NCBI GenBank assembly: GCA_031763465.1
Contig: JARFOE010000107.1
Span: forward strand, 1 to 40,222
Direction of reading: 5' to 3'
Origin: Squatina squatina
Lineage: Eukaryota
DNA length: 40,222 bases
In this document: positions 1 to 8,692 of the stretch, one piece after another
How the letters are laid out: each line of letters opens with the position of its first letter
Position numbering within the stretch: the first letter of the stretch is position 1
The notes under the pieces: model-generated
Database searches by the model: none
The model's input: the letters and a program-made list of their open reading frames with translations, nothing else
What the model was told of the DNA's origin: nothing
Made by a program: the position numbers and the translations under genes

Positions 1-1468
1 ATATAATCACGCTTGGTATCTCTTATTCTATATAATCACTCCTGGTATCTGTTAGTCTCTATATGATCAGTCCTGGTCTCTGTTACTCCCTCTGTGATCA
101 CTCCAGGTATCTGTTACTCTCTATGTAATCACCCCTGGTATCTGTTAATCTCTATGTGTTCACACCTGGTATCGGTTACTCTCTCTGTAATCACTCCTGG
201 TATTCTTTACTCTCTACATAATCACTCCTGGTATCTGCTACTCTCTATGTGATAACACCTGGTATCTGTTACTCTCTATCTAATCACACCTGGTATCTGT
301 CACTCTCTATGTGATCACACCTGGTATTGGTTACTGTCTATATAAACACTCCTGGTATCTGTTACTCTCTATTTGATCACTCCTGGTATCTGTTACTCTC
401 TATATAATCACACCTGGTATCTCTTACTCTCTATATAATCACACCTGGTATCAGTTACTCTCTGTATGATCACACCTGGTATCTGTTCCTCTGTATATAA
501 TCACTCCTGGTATCTGTTACTCTCTATATAATCAAGCCTGGTATCTGTTACACTCTAGATAATCACGCTTGGTATCTCTTATTCTATATAATCACTCCTG
601 GTGTCTGTTAGTCTCTATATGATCAGTCCTGGTATCTGTTACTCCCTCTGTGATCACTCCAGGTATCTGTTACTCTCTATGTAATCACCCCTGGTATCTG
701 TTGCTCTCTAAATGATCACTCCTGGTATCTCTTACTGTCTATATAATCACTCCTGGTATCCGTTACTCTCTATATAATCAGTCATGGTATCTGTTACTCT
801 CAATGTGATTAAGCCTGGTATCTGTTAGTCTCGATATTATCACTGCTGGTATATGTTACTCTCTATGTGATCATGCCTGGTATCTGTTACTCTCTATAGA
901 ATCACTCCTGGGATCTGTTACTCTCTATATCATCACTCCTGGTATCTGCTACTCTCTATGTGACCACTCCTGGTATCTGTTACCATCTATCTAATCACTC
1001 CTGGTATCTATTACTCTCTATGTGATCACACCTGGTATCTGTTACTCCCTATGTGATCACTCCTGGTATCTGTTACTCTCTATCTGATCACACCTGGTAT
1101 CAGTTACTCTCTATATAATCACTCCTGGTATCCGTTACTCTCTAGATAATCACTCCTGATATCTGTTACTCTCTACGTAATCACTCCTGGTCTCTGTTAC
1201 TCTCTATATAATCGCTCTTGGTATCTGTTATTCTCTATGTGATAACTCCTGGTATCTGTTACTCTCTATCTAATCACGCCTGGTATCTGTTACTCTCTAT
1301 GTGATCACACCTGGTATTGGTTACTGTCGATATAAACACTCCTTGTATCTGTTACTCTCTATTTGATCACTCCTGGTCTCTGTTACACTCTATATAATCA
1401 CGCTTGGTATCTCTTATTCTATATAATCACTCCTGGTATCTGTTAGTCTCTATATGATCAGTCCTGGT
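1..1468. repeat. 31-bp tandem satellite/minisatellite, about 47 copies; consensus AATCACTCCTGGTATCTGTTACTCTCTATAT
   Basis: CCTGG/CCAGG core recurs at 41, 72, 103 and onward (period 31) and fills the whole contig up to the gap at 1469. Confidence 0.95.
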
Positions 1469-1568
1469 NNNNNNNNNNNNNNNNNNNNNNNNNNNNNNNN
1501 NNNNNNNNNNNNNNNNNNNNNNNNNNNNNNNNNNNNNNNNNNNNNNNNNNNNNNNNNNNNNNNNNNNN

Positions 1569-1640
1569 ATCTGGGACAAAGGTTCGGCACAACATCGTGG
1601 GCCGAAGGGCCTGTTATGTGCTGTATTTTCTATGTTCTAT
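1569..1640 (+). mobile_element. CR1-type LINE (or CR1-tailed SINE) 3' terminus
   Basis: GGGCCGAAGGGCCTGTT...TTTTCTATGTTCTAT: the 3' stem-loop region plus short repeat tail seen in the other CR1 ends in this window. Confidence 0.75.
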
Positions 1641-2575
1641 GATCTTCCGAGCCAAGATCCTTTCTCACGATTACACTGATCTCATCCTTTATTATCAGCG
1701 CGACCCGACCTCCTTTTCCTTTTTGCCTGTCCTTCCTAAACGTCGAATAACCTTGAATATTTAGTTCCCAGCCTTGGTCACCCTGCAGCCATGTCTCCAT
1801 AATCGCAATCACATCCTACCCATTCACTTCTATTTGTGCTGTTAATTGATCCAGCTTATTGCGAACGCTTTGTGCATTCAGATACAGTGCCGCTAAATTT
1901 GTCATTTTCACGCATTTTTCGTACTTCGACTCTACTTTGTTTTCTAAGCCTTCCAATTTTGTTTAATACTTTTCTGCCTTTTACTTCCAGCTTTGTTTCT
2001 CTCCCTTCTGAATCCCATCTCCGGTTCCCAACCCCCTTGCCAAGTTAGTTTAAACCGTCCCCAACAGCACCAGCAAATCCCCCTGCGGCGATATTGGTCC
2101 TGCTGGGGTGTAACCCGTCCAGCTTGTGCAGGTCCCACCTGCCCCCAAGAACGGTCCCAACGCCTCAGGAACCTAAAGCCCTCCCTCCTGCACCATCTCT
2201 CCAGCCACGCACTCATCTGCTCTGTCCTCTTGTTTCTGTGCTCACTGGCACGTGACACTGGGAGCAATCCTGAGATTACGACCCTTGAGGTCCTGCCTTT
2301 CAATCTCCTTCCCAGCTCCAAAAAAAGTCTGCTTGCAGGACCCCATCTCTCTTCCGACCTGTGACGTTGGTACCGATATGGACCACCACCTCCGGCTGTT
2401 CACCCTCCCCCTCCCCCTCCAGAATGTCCTGCGGCCGATCCGAGACATCCTGGACTCTGGCACCAGGGAGGCAACATACCATCCTGGAGTCTCGTCTGTT
2501 TCCCCCAACGATAGAATCCCCTCTCACGACTGATCTCCCTCTCTTCTTCCTCCCCTCCTGTGCAGCTGAGCGACT
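1641..2575 (-). mobile_element. CR1 LINE fragment: ORF1 SGNH-esterase region and start of ORF2 APE endonuclease (decayed)
   Basis: Minus frames give VVRGDSIV...MVCCLPGARVQDV...VVVHIGTN and SRVVISGLLP...WLERWCRREGFRF (GDS/SGNH esterase), then IAIMETWLQGDQGWELNIQGYSTFRKDRQKGKGGRVALIIK (APE). Frameshifted. Confidence 0.9.
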
Positions 2576-2577
2576 CG

Positions 2578-3020
2578 GTTTTTTTAAAAATTTGTTCCTG
2601 GCGTCTTTGGTGAGCCCAGCATTTATTGCCCATCCCGAGATGCCCTCGAGAAGGTGGTGATAAGCCTCCTTCTTGAACCGCTGCAGTCCTTTTCGAAGCG
2701 GTTGTTTATAACTGGGTGTCTCGCTGCGCCATTTCAGAGGGCAGGGAAGAGTCAACCACTGGGTCTGGAGTCACATATAGGCCAGACTGGGTAAGGACGG
2801 CAGATTCCCTTCTCGAAACACGAGTGAACCTGATGGGTTTTTACGACAATCCGATAGTTTCATGGTCACCACGACTGACACTGGCTTTTTTTTTTGTTAA
2901 ATTCCAGATTATATAATTAACGGGATTTAAATTCCACAGTTGCCGTGGTGGGATTTTAAGTCACGTCTCTGGATCTATAGTCCAAGCCTCTGGATTACTC
3001 AGTCCCGCAACTTAACCGCG
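2578..3020 (-). mobile_element. tRNA-headed SINE with LINE-derived 3' tail
   Basis: The reverse complement has a degenerate tRNA-like head (GGACTGAGTAATCCAGAGG...AAATCCCACCACGGCA), a body matching 27955-28130, and a tail GGACTGCAGCGGTTCAAGAAGG...GGGATGGGCAATAAATGCTGG shared with 5542-5650 and 28141-28258. Confidence 0.8.
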
Positions 3021-3113
3021 TGCCCAGTTGGTCACAAACACACGGAGCAGGAAGATCCCAGGCTGCAGCCGCCGGCCTGGGGCTGGGTTGACCGCCCTCT
3101 CTCTCTCTCTCAC

Positions 3114-3341
3114 CTGCCCGAAGGCGCTGACCCCCTTGTCGGTGCGGCCACACCGGTGGTAGTTGGCGGTCTGCCTGCTCTCCACCAGCCGGGTCTTGGT
3201 GAGGGCCTCGAACAGCTTCTCCTCCACGGTGTTGCCGGTGTTCTCCTGGCTGGCGAAGCCCTGGTAGCCCCAGCCCAGGTAGGCGAGCCTCAGCGCCACG
3301 TGGCGCCGGCCGTGCTGGCTGAAGTCGAAGGGGCGCTGCCG
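3114..3341 (-). CDS. PUS3: tRNA pseudouridine(38/39) synthase PUS3, partial coding exon (5' end lost in gap)
   Basis: RQRPFDFSQHGRRHVALRLAYLGWGYQGFASQENTGNTVEEKLFEALTKTRLVESRQTANYHRCGRTDKGVSAFGQ is nearly identical to vertebrate PUS3 as I recall it, with the TruA-family catalytic GRTD motif. It has 76 stop-free GC-rich codons and ends at a phase-0 donor CAG|GTGAGA (GT at 3113-3112). Confidence 0.95.
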
Positions 3342-3441
3342 NNNNNNNNNNNNNNNNNNNNNNNNNNNNNNNNNNNNNNNNNNNNNNNNNNNNNNNNNNN
3401 NNNNNNNNNNNNNNNNNNNNNNNNNNNNNNNNNNNNNNNNN

Positions 3442-3575
3442 AAGAATATTGCTCTCCTTTTGTTACTATCGGAGATTTCATTTGAGTCAAACCAGGCTTC
3501 GAGAAACTCAATCCATTCTTCGAAACTGTATCTGATATCAAAATGAGGTACACTGTCTAAACTATGTGTAGCCAT
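3442..3575 (-). CDS. Gypsy Gag N-terminus (truncated by gap)
   Basis: MATHSLDSVPHFDIRYSFEEWIEFLEAWFDSNEISDSNKRRAIF matches the F-D-x(4-5)-W-x-E-x-L-E-x-[WY]-F-x-x-N-x-I...KxRAI pattern of metazoan Gypsy Gag starts. Confidence 0.75.
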
Positions 3576-3932
3576 TCTGTCATTAGCATAGTACTAATTA
3601 GAATTCAGCAGTATAATTACAGACAATTAGTGTGGCTTACATTACTTTAAATCTAATCACAGTATACGGGCATGCACTAACTACTTATTTTTTTTTTAAT
3701 TATCTTTTTACACACACGACCTTAACTCATGCGTTTCTGCAAGAAGGCACTTTTCTTTCTTTTTAAAATTCAGTCCTCAGTACAAGTTAAATATATAAGG
3801 GTGGCTGCTCTGTTTCATGGTGTCTCATGGTGTTCAAGATGGCAGCTGCTGTAAATCTTTTCAGTGCCTCGTGGTGTTCAAGATAGCGGCGACTGGCAGG
3901 CTTTTCAAATTTGTTGCGTCTTCTCCTCACTT

Positions 3933-4250
3933 CTGGTGGGCTTTTCCCTGATGTGGCAGGCTTTCAACAATGTGGGTGGGCTTTCGACAATGCAGATGGG
4001 CTTTCGATGATGCGGTGGGCTTTTCCACGATGCGGGTGGGCTTTTCAGTGATGCGGGCGGGCTTTCGACAATGCAGATGGGCTTTCAATCATGCGGTGGG
4101 CTTTTCCACGATGCGGATGGGCTTTTCAGTGATGTGGGCGGGCTTTTGATGATGCGGGCAGGCTTTTGACAATGCGGATGTGCTTTCGACGATGCGGGTG
4201 GGCTTTCGACGATGGGGAGGGCTTTCCAGCGATGCGGGTGGGCTTTTCCA
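3933..4250. repeat. About 20-bp tandem repeat (TGGGCTTT(T)CGACGATGCGGG-like), about 16 copies, inside the Gypsy leader
   Basis: GGGCTTT/AGGCTTT recurs every 19-21 bp. Confidence 0.9.
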
Positions 4251-4316
4251 GAATGCAGGCGGCTCTGGCTGCTTTCCCAAGTCCAACTTCACAATCACTT
4301 TGATTAGTGATCCAGC

Positions 4317-4327
4317 CCTCGTCACCA
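4317..4327 (-). promoter_or_regulatory. Primer binding site complementary to the 3' end of tRNA-Ser(GCU)
   Basis: TGGTGACGAGG lies one base after the LTR end. The complement of the vertebrate tRNA-Ser(GCU) 3' end, as recalled, is TGGCGACGAGG (10/11 match). Confidence 0.7.
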
Positions 4328-4328
4328 A

Positions 4329-4677
4329 TTTTATGTCTTTTGCTTTCTCTTTTGCTGTGTGGGTTACTTGTGTTGGAGTTGGAAATGATTGAGGCGACTC
4401 AGCAACTTGAAACAAACTTTGTACTCACAAGTAGCAGGGTTCTCCAGCAATAGATTAAGGCCGGGTCTCGGCTGCTTAACTATACATCACACTGTATATC
4501 GACTAGCACTGCTCTGAGCTCCAAGATGGAACTCCAAGTTCAACTGAACACAGGTGAGAAGAAGAGTAAGAGAGAAAGAGGGGTGAGCTTACAAAGATCA
4601 CATCATTGTATATCCATACAATTGAGCTACCGTAGTTAGTCAAGGCAAACGCAAAACATCAATCCTGATACATAACA
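4329..4677 (-). repeat. 5' LTR, about 349 bp
   Basis: Starts TGTTATG and ends CATAAAA, one mismatch from the perfect inverted terminus CATAACA. It is bounded by the PBS on one side and an abruptly starting CR1 RT sequence on the other. Confidence 0.75.
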
Positions 4678-5087
4678 GATAGTGATGAGGATAGTTGTAG
4701 ACTCAGGATGACATAGACAGGATGGTGAAATGGGCAGAAGCACGACAGATGGAGTTCAATGAGGGGAAGTGTGAAGTGATGCACTTTGGGAAGACTAATA
4801 TGGAAAGACAGTATAAAAAGCATGATTTTGAAAAGTATAGATGAGCAGAGAGACCTTGATGTCCATATACACAAATCCTTAAAGGTGGCCGGGCAGGTAG
4901 GTAAGGTGGTTACCAAAGCATATGGGTTACTTGGGTTTATGAATAGAGGCACAGAATATAAAAACAAAGAAATCATGCTAGAACTTTATAAATCACTGGT
5001 TAGACCTTAGTTGAAGTATTGTGAACAATTCTGGGCACTACACTTCAGGAAGAGGTAAAGGCCTTAGAAAAGGTACAGAGGAGGTCC
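4678..5087 (+). mobile_element. CR1 LINE RT C-terminal fragment
   Basis: Reads ...QMEFNEGKCEVMHFG...EQRDLDVHIHKSLKVAGQVGKVVTKAYGLLGFMNRGTEYKNKEIMLELYKSLVRP*LKYCEQFW. Confidence 0.9.
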
Positions 5088-5650
5088 AGCTACAAAATGC
5101 ACTGCAGCAACTCGCCAAGGCTTCTTCGGGTGCACCTCCCAAACCCTCGACCTCTACCATCTAGAAGACCGAGGGCAGCAGGCGCCTAGAAACATCACCA
5201 CCTGCAAGTTCCCCTTCAGNNNNNNNNNNNNNNNNNNNNNNNNNNNNNNNNNNNNNNNNNNNNNNNNNNNNNNNNNNNNNNNNNNNNNNNNNNNNNNNNN
5301 NNNNNNNNNNNNNNNNNNNAGCAACTCGCCAAGGCTTCTTCGGCAGCACCTCCCAAACCCACGACCTCTACCATCTAGAAGGACAAGGGCAGCAGAGGCA
5401 TATGAACAGCACCACCTCCAAGTTCCCGTCCAAGTCCCATGCCATCCTGACTTGGAAGTCTATCGCCGTTCCTTCATCGTCACTGGGTCAAAATCCTGGA
5501 ACACTCTCCCTAACAGCACTGTGGGACTTCCTTCACCACAAGGACTGCAGAGGCTCAAGGCGGCGGCTCATCACCACCTTCAAGGACAACCAGGGATTGG
5601 CAATAAATGCTGGCCTTGCCAGCGATGCCCATATCCCAGGAACAAAAAAT
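5088..5650 (+). mobile_element. 3' ends of a second LINE family (CR1/L2/Crack group); two non-identical copies either side of the 5220-5319 gap
   Basis: YKMHCSNSPRLL...RSFIVTGSKSWNTLPNSTVG...HHHL, then AATAAATGCTGGCC and an A-rich tail. Same family as 28270-28530. Confidence 0.8.
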
Positions 5651-6494
5651 CAGCAGAGCTTAAAATTATAACTTTCTTTGGTTCCATTTGCAAAATCCAC
5701 CATTAAGCTTCCAAACAGTGCCAGCAATGAACCAACAAAACTGGTAAAAAATGCACTTTCCAACAATAGTTACAAAGCTACCCCAATAAGATCTAAAGCT
5801 CCCAATACAAATAGACTGGAACTTCCTGGTGCAAAAGATACCAGAAATTCAGGTGTAATTGACTAACTGCTGTTTTTATGCCACGCCTGAACTTCCTTGA
5901 TCATTTAAGCAAATTCCATGAAAACTCTGCCAAAACCCTCTCACTCATTAACCTAGCTGTCTCATGGAAAAGTGCAGCGCTCACAAAATTCCACTAATTC
6001 TCAGCGGGTTGCCAATTCATGCTGACAATTTTAAGTGCAACAGGACCTAAAAACATATTTCTCGTGTTTTGTGGTAATTTTAAAACAATTAAATATATTT
6101 CTCCTCGGAGACCTACAATATATTTTCTGCATCTTTGACATTAGAATGGCATTTAAAAAAATTGAATACTCCCACAAATAAATTCTCTTAAAAATTATGC
6201 ACCGGACATGCATAAAACATGGTTTGAGGGTTTCAAACTTTAAGTGCCTCTTTATGCATGGAAATTTAAGAAGGAACATGGTGTAACTTTGACATTTTCC
6301 TCAACTCTGATTGTTTATACTTATTTCTACTTGTTTTATGCTGGTCTTCACATATGCTAACGAGATTCTCTGAAGATTTTGGCATAATCTGCCGACAAGA
6401 AGTTCAACATAAATGTCAGTGTACTTTGCTGGTTACACTGTTTTAGGACAACTTTGTACCAGGCAAAGTACAATCTCTAATCTCGCCCTTGATT

Positions 6495-6620
6495 TCTAGG
6501 CCTTCCACTTTTGCCTTTTTGTTTCTTGTCTTTTCTTTCTATCCTTTTTTCGCCTTCCTCTATCTCCCTGCTCAGGTTCCCATTCCCCTTGCCATTCTAG
6601 TTTAAACCCTCCCGGACAGC
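6495..6620 (-). mobile_element. Small CR1 fragment (ORF1 end / inter-ORF)
   Basis: GGTTCCCATTCCCCTTGCCATTCTAGTTTAAACCCTCCC resembles 2023-2062. Confidence 0.6.
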
Positions 6621-6768
6621 AGTCTATCACTCTGTCTATACCAGTCTCAGTCTATCACTCTTTCTCTATAACAGTCTCAGTCTATCACTCCCTCTCTATA
6701 CCAGTCTCAGTGTAACACTCTCTCTCTGTACCAGTCTCAGTCTATCACTCTCTCTCTGTACCAGTCTC
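6621..6768. repeat. 28-30-bp minisatellite (AGTCTATCACTCTCTCTCTATACCAGTCTC), 5 copies up to the gap
   Basis: Direct tandem copies are visible. Confidence 0.9.
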
Positions 6769-6868
6769 NNNNNNNNNNNNNNNNNNNNNNNNNNNNNNNN
6801 NNNNNNNNNNNNNNNNNNNNNNNNNNNNNNNNNNNNNNNNNNNNNNNNNNNNNNNNNNNNNNNNNNNN

Positions 6869-8382
6869 AGGACGAGGAGGAGAATGAGGAAGAGGAAGAA
6901 CAGGAGGAGGAGGAGGAAGAACAGGAGGAGGAGGAGGAAGAACAGCAGGAGGAGGAGGAAGAACTGGAGGAGCAGGAAGAACAGGAGGAGGAACAGCAGG
7001 AGGAGGAGATGGAGGAAGAACAGGAGGAGGAGGAGGAGAATCAGGAGGAGGAAGAACAGGAGGAGGAGTGGGAGAAAGAAGAGGAGGAGGAGGAAGAATA
7101 GGAGGAAGAGGAAGAACAGTAGGATGAGGAGGAGGAGGAAGAACAGGAGGAAGAGGAAGAACAGTAGGATGAGGAGGAGGAAGAACAGGAGGAAGAGGAA
7201 GAACAGGAGGATGAGGAGGAGGAGAATGAGAAGGAGGAAGAACAGGAGGAACAGGAGGACGAGGAGGAGAATGAGGTGGAGGAAGAGCAGGAGGAGAAGG
7301 AGAATGAGGAAGAGGAAGAACAGGAGGAGGAGGAGGAAGAACAGGAGGAACAGGAGGAGGAGGAAGAACAGGAGGAGGAAGAGGAGAACGAGGAGGAGGA
7401 GAAGAATGAAGAGGAGGAAGAACGGGGGAGGAGGAAGAACAGGAGGAGGAGGAAGAACAGGAGGAGGAGAATGAGGAGGAGGAGGAAGAACAGGAGGAGT
7501 AGGAGGAGGAAGAACAAGAGGAGAATGTGGAGGAGGAAGAACAGAAGGAGGAGGAAGTACAGGAGGAAGAGGAGGAGGAACAGGAGGAGGAGGAAGAACA
7601 GAAGGAGGAACAGGAGGAGGAGGAGAATGAGGAGGAGGAAGAACAGGAGGAAGAGGAGGNNNNNNNNNNNNNNNNNNNNNNNNNNNNNNNNNNNNNNNNN
7701 NNNNNNNNNNNNNNNNNNNNNNNNNNNNNNNNNNNNNNNNNNNNNNNNNNNNNNNNNNNNNNNNNNNNNNNNNNNNNNNNNNNNNNNNNNNNNNNNNNNN
7801 NNNNNNNNNNNNNNNNNNNNNNNNNNNNNNNNNNNNNNNNNNNNNNNNNNNNNNNNNNNNNNNNNNNNNNNNNNNNNNNNNNNNNNNNGGAGGACGAAGA
7901 ACAGCAGGAGGAGGAGGAGCAGGAAGAGCAGGNNNNNNNNNNNNNNNNNNNNNNNNNNNNNNNNNNNNNNNNNNNNNNNNNNNNNNNNNNNNNNNNNNNN
8001 NNNNNNNNNNNNNNNNNNNNNNNNNNNNNNNNNNNNNNNNNNNNNNNNNNNNNNNNNNNNNNNNNNNNNNNNNNNNNNNNNNNNNNNNNNNNNNNNNNNN
8101 NNNNNNNNNNNNNNNNNNNNNNNNNNNNNNNNNNNNGAGGAGGAAGAACAGGAGGAAGAGGAGGAGGAACAAGAGGAGGAGGAAGAACAGGAGGAGTCAG
8201 AATTGGAGGTGGAAGAACAGGAGGAGGAGGAGGAGGAGAATGAGGAGGAGGAAGAGCAGGAGGAGGAGGAAGAACAGGAGGAGGAGGAAGAACAGGAGGA
8301 ACAGGAGGACGAGGAGGAGAATGAGGAAGAGGAAGAACAGGAGGAGGAGGAGGAAGAACAGGAGGAGGAGGAGGAAGAACAG
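6869..8382. repeat. Purine-rich (GAG)n/GAAGAACAG low-complexity tandem repeat containing two sized gaps
   Basis: The + strand is almost all G and A, in units such as GAGGAGGAGGAAGAACAG. Confidence 0.95.
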
Positions 8383-8482
8383 NNNNNNNNNNNNNNNNNN
8401 NNNNNNNNNNNNNNNNNNNNNNNNNNNNNNNNNNNNNNNNNNNNNNNNNNNNNNNNNNNNNNNNNNNNNNNNNNNNNNNNNN

Positions 8483-8692
8483 CTCTACCACAGGAAGCTG
8501 TTGAGGCCAGTTCATTGGCTACATTCAAAAGGGAATTAGATGTGGCTCTTACGGCTAAAATTTTCAGGGAGTACGGTGAGAAGGCAGGTACGGGGTACTG
8601 ATCAGCCATGATCATATTGAATGGCGGTGCAGTCTCGAAGAGACAAATGGCCTACTCCTGCACCTATTTTCCTATATTTCTATGTCTCTATG
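8483..8692 (+). mobile_element. CR1 LINE 3' end
   Basis: LPQEAVEASSLATFKRELDVALTAK...YGEKAGTGY*, then 3' UTR GAATGGCGGTGCAG...GGCCTACTCCTGCACC and a TTTCTATG-like tail. Confidence 0.9.

Larger units (their letters stand above)
3442..4677 (-). mobile_element. Ty3/Gypsy LTR retrotransposon 5' portion (LTR, PBS, leader, gag start)
   Basis: On the minus strand in order: LTR TGTTATG(4677)...CATAAAA(4329), PBS TGGTGACGAGG, a leader of about 740 bp, then ATG at 3575 starting a Gag-like N-terminus. Confidence 0.8.

Noticed and set aside
1-1468. CRISPR-like regularity of the 31-bp, 40-bp and 67-bp repeats
   Set aside because: The units are head-to-tail with no unique spacers, there are no cas genes, and the context is vertebrate.
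2940-3020. tRNA gene
   Set aside because: It is a degenerate SINE head with no cloverleaf, continuous with the SINE body.
3012-3575. 187-aa ORF suggesting a Gag-PUS3 fusion protein
   Set aside because: The two halves lie on different contigs joined by an arbitrary 100-N gap, and the tail after GQ is intron read-through past a GT donor.
6737-8615. Long poly-Glu, poly-Pro, poly-Arg and poly-Ser ORFs
   Set aside because: They arise from a stop-poor GAG repeat and N runs, are open in nearly all frames, and the Glu frame shifts within the tract. No splice or domain context supports them.
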